A DNA stretch of 46,927 nt from Candidatus Hydrogenedentota bacterium (GCA_045863295.1 BTWA01000044.1:1-46927), one strand, 5' to 3'; shown: positions 37,228 through 46,927, counted from the first letter of the stretch. Numbers and translations: made by a program. Notes: generated by a model from the letters alone, not told the origin.

Positions 37228-39057
37228 TTAGTGCATCAACATTTCACTCGACACGGGTTTCTTGTCCATCCCCGGCCCCGCAATTTGGGCTTCGAGGGCC
37301 TTGTTTCCGCCGGCCTGGAAGTAGGCAATGCGGAGAGGATGGTAGCCGGCTTGGAGTGCGATTTGTCCAGAGGCTTCCATGGCGCCGTGTGGGCCGTCAT
37401 TGTTGACGACCCGGGTGTCGCCGATGTCCAGCGTGCTGCCGTCGTTAGAGACAAGGAAGAAGGTGTAGACGCCGTCTGCCGGGACGGAAATGAACCCTTC
37501 GAAGGAGAGTCCAAACGTTTCCGGCGAGGGATCGCCGGGCAGTGCGATGACATCGACAATCGAGGTGGACTCGGGTTTAAGTTGTTCGAGCGCCTTGACC
37601 GATTCAACCGGTTGGTCAAGTACATACCGGTTCATCTTGAGACCGGGGGCGCTGCGAAGCGGCTTGATCGAGGAGCGCAGTTGCTGTTTCTCAAATTTGC
37701 CTTCCAGTAACGGAGTGGCCGTGGCGCCGTTCTTGAATCCGCGCGCCTTGACGGTACAGGACTCAGTGATTGTGAACGGTCCGCCATAGAGCGTGGAGCC
37801 GGCATTGGGATCGGAACCGTCGGTGGTGTAGCGAATCTCGGGGACGCTTGCATGGGCCACAAGGGTTACTTCCGCTTTGTCCAGGAAAGCGTTGTTGGGG
37901 AGCATTCCCGTAAGGGGCATTTCATCGACAATGACGAGTTTATCCTTCGCCGGAAGCGGCGGGAACGGATTGTGCGGCTCGCGTTGGTACCAATAGGCGA
38001 CCGAGGCGAGATCGTCCTGCAAGGGCAGGTATCGGCCTTCGGTCTGCCAACCGATGCTTTGAATGGTGACTTTCAGATCCTGATCGAAACGAATGGGGTC
38101 GGTGACGTGCCAGCGGTATTGGCCGAAGCGGCGCTGTGCGCCTTCGTGTTGAACGTGATAGAAGCCGGTGTATGGGCTTGAGAAACTTTCATATGCATCT
38201 TTGCCGTTCACCTGATGCTCAGCGTACCCATAGGATCCGCAGAAGTAGTCCTCTTCTCCGGTGCCGCAGATAGTTGGGAAATCGGAGTCGCCGTCCATGT
38301 AAAACTTGATTTCACCCTCACCCCACCAACCGGGACTGTTAGCGCCGTGCGCGAGGTAAGTACCGACATACTGCCCCTTGCCTTTGATGCCGTCGACGAT
38401 GGTGTAGACCTCCTTGTAGGGCAGCGGATTCACACGCCGGAATTGCGCGTGGAAGTAAGGTGTGTCTTTTTCGACTGCTTCCAGGGAGTAATCGATCTGG
38501 TAGTAGACCGTAGCGCGTTTCTCCCCCAAATTTTCCATGGTGACTTTGCAGCTTTTTCGAAAGGGCATTTGCCAATACGAGTTGAAGCCGCTACGCGGAT
38601 TAACGCACATGGCCAGAGATGTAATGCGCGGCTCCTTACCCATACCCCAGCCTGCGGCAAAGAAGTCTCCGACCGGGACTTCCACAGACGGATGTTCTTC
38701 GCCGTCCCAATAGAATCGCAAGATCATGAGTCGGTAGTCGCCGACGGGGGTCATCCAGATATGGTTTATGATGCCGGACTCGTTTATTTCGCCGAGAGTA
38801 AACGTGGCACCGGGCTCGATGTGAACGTAGGGATTGACCTTCCAGCCCTGGCCCAATTCTCGGGCGGCGCGCGCGGCACTTCCCTCTTCCAGGGTCGCCA
38901 TGCCCCCCTTACCCTTTTCGCCGGTGAAGTTTTCCGGGCTGATGGAGCGGGTTTTTGCATCTTTTAGTTGATACAGGTGGTCCAAGGTACCGGACTGCGC
39001 GTACGCCAGTGGCACCAAGCATACGCTTAGCATAAGTGAGAGCTGGACGATTCGCAT
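37228..39057 (-). CDS. DUF2961 / GH172 glycoside hydrolase fused to Fn3-associated and PA14 domains
   Basis: RSISPENFTGEKGKG, HIWMT, PVGDFF, WWGEGE, GTGEEDYF, then IRYTTDGSDP and GVYTFFLVSNDGS...NNDGPH...YFQAGG. Start placed at ATG 39057 before a signal peptide. Confidence 0.88.
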   Translation of the reverse strand: MRIVQLSLMLSVCLVPLAYAQSGTLDHLYQLKDAKTRSISPENFTGEKGKGGMATLEEGSAARAARELGQGWKVNPYVHIEPGATFTLGEINESGIINHIWMTPVGDYRLMILRFYWDGEEHPSVEVPVGDFFAAGWGMGKEPRITSLAMCVNPRSGFNSYWQMPFRKSCKVTMENLGEKRATVYYQIDYSLEAVEKDTPYFHAQFRRVNPLPYKEVYTIVDGIKGKGQYVGTYLAHGANSPGWWGEGEIKFYMDGDSDFPTICGTGEEDYFCGSYGYAEHQVNGKDAYESFSSPYTGFYHVQHEGAQRRFGQYRWHVTDPIRFDQDLKVTIQSIGWQTEGRYLPLQDDLASVAYWYQREPHNPFPPLPAKDKLVIVDEMPLTGMLPNNAFLDKAEVTLVAHASVPEIRYTTDGSDPNAGSTLYGGPFTITESCTVKARGFKNGATATPLLEGKFEKQQLRSSIKPLRSAPGLKMNRYVLDQPVESVKALEQLKPESTSIVDVIALPGDPSPETFGLSFEGFISVPADGVYTFFLVSNDGSTLDIGDTRVVNNDGPHGAMEASGQIALQAGYHPLRIAYFQAGGNKALEAQIAGPGMDKKPVSSEMLMH

Positions 39058-39185
39058 GGTTACATTCCCCCCGAATTTCGCGGCGATCCTACCAATTGCT
39101 TCATTATTCCTATGCACGGTAGCAGATGACTACCGGGGCGTCAAGGCTTGGATTCGACAGCCCGCGCAACTGCCATCTTTAAGGG

Positions 39186-40559
39186 TCACGCGAGGAGCGA
39201 AGTCATTCCTTGAGTAAGTATTTCGTCGACTTGGGGATCGCAAAAAGCGACGGAAACTTCGTATCCGCCGTTTGGATATTCATCGCGTGTGGGAATATAC
39301 CAGGGTCCGCCGTCTCCGTAGGCCGCCGTGGCGACAAATTTTGCCGGGGCCAATTGCTGAGCGCGCAATTGATATTCGACAAAACACTCTGCCGGTAAAT
39401 GCAACAGAATAGAATCATTGATGTGCAACGCGCTTAGCACAATGGGTGTCTTTCGTTCGCATCTTCGCAGCCAGCTTAGTGTGTAAGACGGCCGGTTGCG
39501 ATCGACCACCTTGTTTTGTTTGTTGCCAATGGCTGCTTCCAATTCTGCCGCGTTGTATCGGGTGTTTGAAGGCGGCAATACATCGACCGTGCGCCATTCG
39601 ACCGACTCGATGGGCTTGGGCGACAAGCCCGCTTCAGAGGCTGCCATCGCGTCATACATGCGCTGGGTGAGTTCGGCACGCACCGGTTTCGATCCGTCAT
39701 TGTATTTGCCCGCCGATACGTTACCCGCGCAACCCGTGAAATACAGGTGCGTGCAATCGGGGTCTTCGGATTGCCGCTGCTTGCGGGCGAGACCGGTAAA
39801 ATCGCTGCTGACACGGCCATCGCCGTAGTAACTCATGGGGTGGGTTGCATAGTAATGGCATGCCGCAATCCTGCGGTCGCCGTCGTAGAATGCGACGGTC
39901 TTGAGATAGGGATCGATGATACCTTCCGGCAATGCGCGCAATGCTTCATCGGTGCAACTGCTGCCTCTCATCGTCTTCACTGTTCCGTCGGGATTGCGAG
40001 ATACGCGTCGATTGGATGCGACCCTATCCACTTTGGCCTGGCTCTGGGCAATGTGCGTGAGAGGGTGACTGACCTTCAAGGACTCTGCCATGGCGGATCG
40101 CGCACGATCCAGGCACTGATTGAAAAAATCAAGTTGCACAATATGTGGAAGGTCGCCCTGACCGAGGATTATCTGCTCGGAATTTACGCATGCGAACGGC
40201 GCATTGTGTTGATGGACACATTGCACTGCAACGCGATCGGGAGTGGTGCCTGCGGCTTCGGCGAGGGCCGTGCGCCACTGTAGATGGGCGTCGTTCAAGA
40301 TTCCGGTCCAGTCCACTGCGCAAAGCACTATGGGATCACCGGCGCCGGCAATGACTATGCCAATCGCTTCGAGGGGGTCATCAACCGCTTCCGCCGGCTT
40401 TATCCATCCCCCACAGAGGGAATGGCCCATTGGGGGCGTTACGTCGAACCGAAAGGTGCTTAGCTGCAATTTGTGACCCCGGTTCGCGGAAAGTGTCGTG
40501 CAACTTACCGTCGCGGCCGCGATTGATGCCGCCAGAAAACTGCGCCGTGTGGTGGCCAT
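39186..40559 (-). CDS. Tat-exported, ceramidase-like putative metallohydrolase
   Basis: TRRSFLA, DVTPP.G, HQHNAP, SNRR, YATHP, GCAGNV, LPAECF, AAYGD. Confidence 0.65.
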   Translation of the reverse strand: MATTRRSFLAASIAAATVSCTTLSANRGHKLQLSTFRFDVTPPMGHSLCGGWIKPAEAVDDPLEAIGIVIAGAGDPIVLCAVDWTGILNDAHLQWRTALAEAAGTTPDRVAVQCVHQHNAPFACVNSEQIILGQGDLPHIVQLDFFNQCLDRARSAMAESLKVSHPLTHIAQSQAKVDRVASNRRVSRNPDGTVKTMRGSSCTDEALRALPEGIIDPYLKTVAFYDGDRRIAACHYYATHPMSYYGDGRVSSDFTGLARKQRQSEDPDCTHLYFTGCAGNVSAGKYNDGSKPVRAELTQRMYDAMAASEAGLSPKPIESVEWRTVDVLPPSNTRYNAAELEAAIGNKQNKVVDRNRPSYTLSWLRRCERKTPIVLSALHINDSILLHLPAECFVEYQLRAQQLAPAKFVATAAYGDGGPWYIPTRDEYPNGGYEVSVAFCDPQVDEILTQGMTSLLA

Positions 40560-40767
40560 AGGGGTCCTTTCCGCAATGCGATGCGAGGTTCGAGGGCCAT
40601 TTAATCAGACTTTGGCGGCTGGTACAAACCCTTCTGGGGCAGTCGATATACGTGCCACGAATGGATGATATTGTCCATGCACTGGATGTCGAAAGTTGCG
40701 ACAGACCGGCGACTCGGATTAGGCTGGATTGGTCGTAGCATCAGTACAAAGAACGGGTTAGCCGCAT

Positions 40768-43700
40768 ATGGTCGTCACGACGCGCAATGGACAGGGGTAT
40801 CATGTGTGCCGCGTTTTCGGCGCGCGGGTGCTAGTCCTATTCTGTTCCCTCTTGTGTCTCTTCTCGCCTTCCGCAACTGCGGTAGATGATGCGGGCGAGA
40901 TTCTGTTTGATGCCAAAATTCTTCCGATGATGAAGCAGCACTGCTTTGAGTGCCATTCGCACGCGAAGTCGATCAAGGGCGGCCTCGCCCTTGATTCGCG
41001 AGCCGGGCTGATGCGAGGGGGAGAAAGCGGACCTGTGGTCGAGCCAGGCAATGCGGAGCAGAGCCGGATTATTGCCGCGATTCGTCATATGGATGCGGGA
41101 CTTCAAATGCCCCCCGACCGCAAATTGAAGGACGAGGAAATTGCGGCCTTCGTCGAATGGGTCAACCTGGGCGCGTCGGACACACGACCGCTGGAGAATG
41201 GCGCGGTCCTGACACGTGATAGCGAGAGCGACGAATGGGAGGCTCTTTACCACGAGCGGCTTTCGTGGTGGAGCCTGCAACCCGTCAAGCCGTCAGCGCC
41301 ACCGGCGGTGACGAACCAATCGTGGCCACGTAATGAGATTGATCGGTTCATTCTTGCGCGACTGGATGATGCCGGCTTGACGCCGGCCGAGCAAGCACCG
41401 AAGCGCGTCCTGGCGCGGCGCCTCAGTTACGCTCTCATTGGTCTTCCCCCTTCTCCTGAAGAGGTCGAGCGTTTTGTGGCGGACAATTCACCCGAGGCAT
41501 ATGAGACGTATGTACATACGCTGTTGAATAGCCCGCATTTTGGCGAACGATGGGCGCGCCATTGGATGGACGTGGTGCACTATTCCGATACGCACGGTTA
41601 TGAATGGGACACGCCCGCCAAGAATGCGTGGATGTACCGGGACTATCTTATACGTGCTTTTAACGACGATGTTCCTTTCGACCGGTTGATCCTGGAACAG
41701 ATTGCGGGCGATTTGATTGAACCGCGGATTGACGAATCCGGGGTGAACCAATCCCTCGTTGGCCCGATGGCCATGCGGCTGGGCGAGCGACGTCATGGAG
41801 ACAACGCTGATGCCGAAGGTGTGACCCAAGAGGCCGTGCAGAACATCATTGACACCTTGAGCAAGGGATTTCTTGCGACGACCGTGGCGTGCGCTCAGTG
41901 TCACGATCACAAGCTGGATGCTGTTGCCCAGAAAGACTATTTTGGCATGTCTGGCGTGTTTACCAGTTCGCGCTGGTATGTACGCACTGTGGATACTACC
42001 GATCCCAATATGCGGGCCATTTCGGAACTGCAGGGTATTAAACGAGAGCTGCGAGCGTTGCTTGGGGACACGTGGCGCGGCGCTCATGATCACATGCTTG
42101 AACGCATCCTGCATCCCCCCACCCCGGCTGAGAATTCCAAGCCCACTGAAGCGAAAGCTGCACCCAAACAGGCCGTGCCCAAGCCTTGGACATTTCCGGA
42201 GTCCATACCGGCCCTTTGGCAGTACTTGAATTATGCCGTGGCAAACGATATCCCTTATGAATCCGCATGGGATGAACTTGTATCGAATTATCCCGGAGAA
42301 CGAAAGAAGCGCATACTTTCGAACAAAGCCAATCTACGACTTATTGCCGATTTTACCAGCGAGTCCCTCCCACACGGCTGGCAAATTGACGGCTTCGGAT
42401 TAACGCATGGGTTAGTAGCCGATGGCGAATTGGTTGTTACTACCGATGGCGACGCAATTGTTCACCACGTGCTGCCTGCTGGGCGGTGGACGCATGTATG
42501 GTCGCCCCGGCTTGCCGGGGCCGTTCGAAGCCCCTTGTTCGCACAAAACCCCGCACCCACTTTCAGTGTTGGCTTTGCAGGCGGTCAGCACGCAGCCCAA
42601 TCCCTCATTGTGGAGAATGCGTTTCATAGTGAACGAATGAAGTTTCTGAGTCAGCCCGTACATGGCTGGATGACGCTTTCGGCAGGAAATCTGACTGCGC
42701 TTGCGGGTGGCGCCGACGACACGCCGCGTCGTGTGTATCTGGAGATGGTCACGAAGTCGCTGAACAACTATTTTCCGCCTCGGACCATGTACGGCGGCGT
42801 CAAAGAAGCGGATGAGAAAGATCCACGATCGTGGTTCGGTATCACCCGGGTGTACGAGCACGCGACGGGACAGGGTCCCATGGACGAATTGGCCCGGTTT
42901 GAGTCCATTTTCACCGGACCTGCGCCTACACGAGTAGAACTGGCATCCCGCCTGGTCGCGCTGGTGCTTTCGGCTGTCGAACATTGGCATCAGGACACGT
43001 GTGACGGCGATGACGTGCGGATTATTAACGAGGCGCTTTCCGCGGGTTGGATTCCAAACGACATCGCTTTGATGCCGTCGGCTGAGCCTATACTGGAGCG
43101 CTACCGTGCCGTTGAGAAGACGATTGTTCCTGAGCGCGTCGTAGGCAGCGTGAGCGACTGGAATGAGGGGCGTGACGAGCGAATTGGCATTCGGGGATCC
43201 TATACCGCGTTTGGCGAGGAATCGCCCCGGGGCACGATACGGTTTTTAGGCGGGCCTGGTTTGCGAGCGTTTCAGCAATCCAGTGGCCGGCTGGAGTTTG
43301 CACGGGGCATCGCCAGCGATCAGAACCCGCTTACGGCGCGCGTTTTCGTCAATCGTGTGTGGCATTATTTGTTTGGATCCGGTCTTGTACGATCGGTGGA
43401 TGACTTTGGTCATTTGGGAGAACCACCTTCGCATCCGGAACTATTGGACTGGTTGGCCACGCGATTTGTGGAGGATGGCTGGTCATTGAAGAAACTGATT
43501 GCGCTGCTTGTAACATCCTCTACGTGGCGACAATCGAGCGTGGCGTCCGAGCACGGTCAGGCGATGGATCCGGAAAACCGGCTTTGGCACCATATGCCGA
43601 TGCGCCGATTGGACGCCGAAGCCATTCGCGACGCACTGCTCACGGCTTCCGGGCGATTGGAGCGGACCTTGTATGGAGAACCGATCGAACCGTTTCGCGT

Positions 43701-44160
43701 TGCGCAAGATCCAGCCAAGCGGCTTGCCATCGGCCCGCTCGACGGAAATGGGCGGCGCAGCATTTACCTCGAAATGACCCTCATGGAACCGCCCAAATTT
43801 CTCGCGCTCTTTAATCAACCCATTCCCAAGCTAACTACGGGTAAGCGGGATTCCACGAATGTACCCGATCAGGCGTTGGCGCTAATGAACGATCCGTTTG
43901 TCGTTGCCATGGCGAAGCATTGGAGCGATCACGTGATGGACGACGGTTCCGCTACGCCTGAGCAGCGCATAGATAAAATGTTCCGGATTGGTTTATCGCG
44001 TCCTCCCCTGCCGGAAGAACTGTCGCGTTTCGTGTCCTTTGCCTATCAGGCTGCAACTCTTCGCGGCGCGGATACCGGCACGATGCTATCGTGTCAGCCG
44101 GTCTGGCAGGATGTGGCACATGCCATGTTCAACATGAAAGAGTTCATCTATGTCCAGTAG
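40768..44160 (+). CDS. PSD1 / planctomycete cytochrome c domain protein (PSCyt1, DUF1549, DUF1553)
   Basis: CFECH..KGGL.LD, MPP, IDRFI, FGERWARHWMD, CAQCHDHK, NPLTARVFVNRVW, PSHPELLDWLA, RRSIY, PDQALALMN. Exact start uncertain. Confidence 0.92.
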   Translation: MVVTTRNGQGYHVCRVFGARVLVLFCSLLCLFSPSATAVDDAGEILFDAKILPMMKQHCFECHSHAKSIKGGLALDSRAGLMRGGESGPVVEPGNAEQSRIIAAIRHMDAGLQMPPDRKLKDEEIAAFVEWVNLGASDTRPLENGAVLTRDSESDEWEALYHERLSWWSLQPVKPSAPPAVTNQSWPRNEIDRFILARLDDAGLTPAEQAPKRVLARRLSYALIGLPPSPEEVERFVADNSPEAYETYVHTLLNSPHFGERWARHWMDVVHYSDTHGYEWDTPAKNAWMYRDYLIRAFNDDVPFDRLILEQIAGDLIEPRIDESGVNQSLVGPMAMRLGERRHGDNADAEGVTQEAVQNIIDTLSKGFLATTVACAQCHDHKLDAVAQKDYFGMSGVFTSSRWYVRTVDTTDPNMRAISELQGIKRELRALLGDTWRGAHDHMLERILHPPTPAENSKPTEAKAAPKQAVPKPWTFPESIPALWQYLNYAVANDIPYESAWDELVSNYPGERKKRILSNKANLRLIADFTSESLPHGWQIDGFGLTHGLVADGELVVTTDGDAIVHHVLPAGRWTHVWSPRLAGAVRSPLFAQNPAPTFSVGFAGGQHAAQSLIVENAFHSERMKFLSQPVHGWMTLSAGNLTALAGGADDTPRRVYLEMVTKSLNNYFPPRTMYGGVKEADEKDPRSWFGITRVYEHATGQGPMDELARFESIFTGPAPTRVELASRLVALVLSAVEHWHQDTCDGDDVRIINEALSAGWIPNDIALMPSAEPILERYRAVEKTIVPERVVGSVSDWNEGRDERIGIRGSYTAFGEESPRGTIRFLGGPGLRAFQQSSGRLEFARGIASDQNPLTARVFVNRVWHYLFGSGLVRSVDDFGHLGEPPSHPELLDWLATRFVEDGWSLKKLIALLVTSSTWRQSSVASEHGQAMDPENRLWHHMPMRRLDAEAIRDALLTASGRLERTLYGEPIEPFRVAQDPAKRLAIGPLDGNGRRSIYLEMTLMEPPKFLALFNQPIPKLTTGKRDSTNVPDQALALMNDPFVVAMAKHWSDHVMDDGSATPEQRIDKMFRIGLSRPPLPEELSRFVSFAYQAATLRGADTGTMLSCQPVWQDVAHAMFNMKEFIYVQ

Positions 44161-45604
44161 CGGGAATCCACAGCCTCGATCCGTCAATCCGTTGTGCCCT
44201 GGCTGTGAAGCACCGTCCATGACTCGGCGCGGTTTTTTGAAGCGATCGAACATGGGGTTCGGGATGCTGGCGTTCGCCGGGTTGGCAAACCGTTGGTCGG
44301 CGGCGGATACGGGACAAACGTTGGCGCATTTTGTGCCACGCGCGAAACACGTCATCTTCCTTTTCATGGACGGAGGCGTTTCGCATATTGATACGTTTGA
44401 TCCCAAGCCGGAGTTGGCAAAGCGCCACGGTCAGCCCGTGGAATGGAAGGCCGATTTGCGATCTCAGGCGATCAGCCCTTCGCGCAAGTGGCTGAAACCG
44501 CTATGGGAGTACAAACAGCGCGGGCAGTCGGGACTTTGGGTGAGCGAGCTTTTCCCGCACGTTGCGCAAGTGGCGGATGAGTTATGCGTAATTCGATCCG
44601 TAGTGGGCGAAACGCCGCTGCATGGGGCACAGAATCTGCTGCTGCATACGGGCCGAAGTATTGGCGCAGCCCCGAGCATCGGCGCGTGGGTATCGTACGG
44701 TCTGGGCACAGAGAATGAGCAACTGCCTGGATATGTCCTGCTGAACAACGACTGGGTGCCGAACGGCGGATTTCAGAATTTTGCGAGTTCATTTCTCCCT
44801 GCGACGCATCAAGCCGCGATGGTAAGGTCGCATGGCATGCCGGTAGACAACATCGTGCCTTCCGATCCGGCGGCTGTGCAACAGGCGAAGTTAGATTTCT
44901 TGCGCGAACAAGACTTGTCTTTGGCCGCCGCTCAGGGCGGATCGGACGCCATAGAGTCTGCGATACGCAATTACGAGACGGCGGCCCACATGCAGTCGCT
45001 TGTACCCCAATTGTGCGACGTGAGCGGGGAGAGTGAGTCCACACTGAGGATGTATGGAGTCGACCGGCAGAACGATTACGACCGTTTTTACGCACTGCAA
45101 TGTCTTCGTGCACGGCGCATGGTAGAGGCGGGGGTTCGGTTCATTGAGGTTACCTGTCCGCTCACGCATAACAATAACGCCCCGTGGGATCAACACGGCG
45201 AATTAAAGCTGCGTCATGAGGAGAATGCACGGATTACCGATCAACCTGTGGCGGCGCTCATCGCGGATCTCAAACAGCGTGGCCTGCTCGACGAGACGTT
45301 GGTGCTGTGGGCCGGCGAAATGGGGCGCACGCCGCATTCCGCAGGCGAGGACGGGCGCGATCATCATGTGAGCGGCTATACCATCTGGATGGCTGGCGGA
45401 GGTGTCCGTGGAGGCATGACTTACGGCGAGACCGATGAGATGGGCATGTCCGCGGTGGAGAACATTGTAGACATTCACGACATCCATGCGACCGTTCTTC
45501 ATCAACTGGGTATGGATCACGAGCGGCTGACGTATCGATTCGGGGGCCGCGACATGAGGCTTACAGACGTGCACGGACGGGTTATTCGGGCTGTACTAAC
45601 CTAG
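44150..45604 (+). CDS. DUF1501 domain protein with Tat signal
   Basis: TRRGFL, AKHVIFLFMDGGVSHIDTFDPKP, SYGLGTEN, ARRMVEAGVRF, WDQH, GEMGRTP, RLTDVHG. Typical partner of PSD1 genes. Confidence 0.92.
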   Translation: MSSSGNPQPRSVNPLCPGCEAPSMTRRGFLKRSNMGFGMLAFAGLANRWSAADTGQTLAHFVPRAKHVIFLFMDGGVSHIDTFDPKPELAKRHGQPVEWKADLRSQAISPSRKWLKPLWEYKQRGQSGLWVSELFPHVAQVADELCVIRSVVGETPLHGAQNLLLHTGRSIGAAPSIGAWVSYGLGTENEQLPGYVLLNNDWVPNGGFQNFASSFLPATHQAAMVRSHGMPVDNIVPSDPAAVQQAKLDFLREQDLSLAAAQGGSDAIESAIRNYETAAHMQSLVPQLCDVSGESESTLRMYGVDRQNDYDRFYALQCLRARRMVEAGVRFIEVTCPLTHNNNAPWDQHGELKLRHEENARITDQPVAALIADLKQRGLLDETLVLWAGEMGRTPHSAGEDGRDHHVSGYTIWMAGGGVRGGMTYGETDEMGMSAVENIVDIHDIHATVLHQLGMDHERLTYRFGGRDMRLTDVHGRVIRAVLT

Positions 45605-45636
45605 GTGCGCCCGAATCACCGGTTGGGGACTATGCA

Positions 45637-46758
45637 ATGCCAGTACGGCTGACGCGGCGGCAATTCTTGCAGAACAGTGCCGCGATCCCGTGTTTGATGG
45701 CAGCGTCCCTGACTCGAGGTGAATCCCGCGACGTGCCTTGGCTGGGCGAAGTGCAGGTTCCCCCTTCGGGGTTGTCTGGCGTCGAATTGGGCTACCTTGA
45801 GCCGCTGCTGGTTTCTGACGACGGTGCTGCGATCGCGACCTTGAAACAATGGGTTCAGCGACGGCGAGACATCCGGGCACGGTGGCACAATTTCCTCGGT
45901 ACAATGCCTGCCCGGCCTGAACCCCGATTTACCGTCTTGTCTGAGAATCGCGTTGACGGCGTTCGCCGATTGCGTGTGCGGTATGAGTGTGAGGTTGGCC
46001 TGCCGGTGCAAGGGTATCTTATTCTTCCTGAACCGCTGCGGAATGGACTGCATCCCGCAGTCGTTGCGCTGCATTCCACGACCCCCGACACCATCGACGA
46101 AGTAGCTGGCGTCAAGGGCCGGGATTCGCGGGCAATTGGACTGAAATTGGCTCAGCGCGGATTTGTCGTGTTTTGCCCCATGTGCTTTCTTTGGCATGAC
46201 CCGACGCTGGACTATCCGGAAGCGGCAGCCACGTTTCAGAATCGTGTTCCCGGTGTGCTTGGCATGGCCAAAATGTTGAACGATGCGCAAGCGGCGGTGG
46301 ACATATTGACCAGCCTGCCGGAGGTCGATTCGACGCGCATCGGCGCGGCAGGGCATTCGCTTGGCGCGAAGGAAACGCTCTATTTGGCGGCCTTTGATGA
46401 GCGCGTCAAGGCCGCGGTTGCCAGCGAAGGAGGCATCGGGCTCCGCTTTACCAATTGGCACGATCCGTGGTATCTGGGTCCTGGAATTCACGAGCCCGGT
46501 TTCAGCCTGAATCACCATCAATTGCTTGCACTTATCGCGCCGAGGGCGTTTCTCGTGATCGCCGGGGAATCGGGGCCGCCGAATACATCCGTGGCCGACG
46601 GCGACCGCACGTGGCCCTATATTGAGGCGGCATTGCCTGTGTACCGCGTCTTTGGAGGGCCGCCCCGAATGGGCCTGTTCAATCACCGAAAAGGTCACAC
46701 TCTTCCTGACGATGCCTTTGAGCGGATGGCCGAGTGGCTTGAGACGTATCTCTCCTAG
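45637..46758 (+). CDS. Tat-exported alpha/beta hydrolase (dienelactone hydrolase / acetyl esterase-like)
   Basis: TRRQFLQ, PAVVALH, nucleophile elbow GHSLG, AAFDERV, ALIAPRAFL, KGH. Confidence 0.85.
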   Translation: MPVRLTRRQFLQNSAAIPCLMAASLTRGESRDVPWLGEVQVPPSGLSGVELGYLEPLLVSDDGAAIATLKQWVQRRRDIRARWHNFLGTMPARPEPRFTVLSENRVDGVRRLRVRYECEVGLPVQGYLILPEPLRNGLHPAVVALHSTTPDTIDEVAGVKGRDSRAIGLKLAQRGFVVFCPMCFLWHDPTLDYPEAAATFQNRVPGVLGMAKMLNDAQAAVDILTSLPEVDSTRIGAAGHSLGAKETLYLAAFDERVKAAVASEGGIGLRFTNWHDPWYLGPGIHEPGFSLNHHQLLALIAPRAFLVIAGESGPPNTSVADGDRTWPYIEAALPVYRVFGGPPRMGLFNHRKGHTLPDDAFERMAEWLETYLS

Positions 46759-46876
46759 CCCGGAGAATTCACGACTTTGTCCAACTAACTGTGTAACAAC
46801 TATGCTGCCGGGCCATGGACCGATCCGCTGTAAGTACAGTGTGATCGTGAAACTTCCTTAGCGTCTCAAGCCCAAA
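46759..46876 (+). repeat. Dispersed palindromic element, copy 3 (module A only), flanked by a CTAG direct repeat
   Basis: 118-bp ungapped match to copies 1 and 2. CTAG at 46755-46758 (containing the hydrolase TAG stop) and at 46877-46880. Confidence 0.9.
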
Positions 46877-46927
46877 CTAGACAATTTTAACTTTTTATAC
46901 CTACGACACAGTGCCGAAAGTAACCTG

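Overview
This 46.9 kb window is gene-dense, GC-rich bacterial chromosome with about 35 CDS. The gene content points to a PVC-like or Ca. Hydrogenedentes-like organism, which is an inference from content only: two DUF1559 prepilin-like proteins, a PSD1/planctomycete cytochrome c gene next to DUF1501, a PVC-type heme-binding dehydrogenase and five Tat substrates. The left end is a Cys/metal-themed block: an Fe-S/FAD oxidoreductase tail, an arsE-arsF-arsG-like operon, a divergent small HTH protein with a CC-x4-CC tail, a PQQ-type beta-propeller and a COG0523 GTPase. The rest encodes a sulfotransferase, oxidoreductases, VOC and YciI proteins, glycoside hydrolases (GH106, GH123-like, GH172), an NYN protein, a MacAB-type ABC exporter, a penicillin acylase and a ThuA-like protein. 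I found no rRNA, tRNA, CRISPR array, integrase or transposase. Two observations stand out. (1) A dispersed, modular, palindromic non-coding element occurs three times at gene 3' ends: a 118-bp module A bounded by CTAN tetramers, joined in two copies to a related 77-bp module B. (2) An excisionase/MerR-like HTH protein with an AfArsR-like cysteine tail sits where an ArsR regulator would be expected, upstream of arsEFG. All family calls come from motif recognition by eye, and all identities are hand counts.
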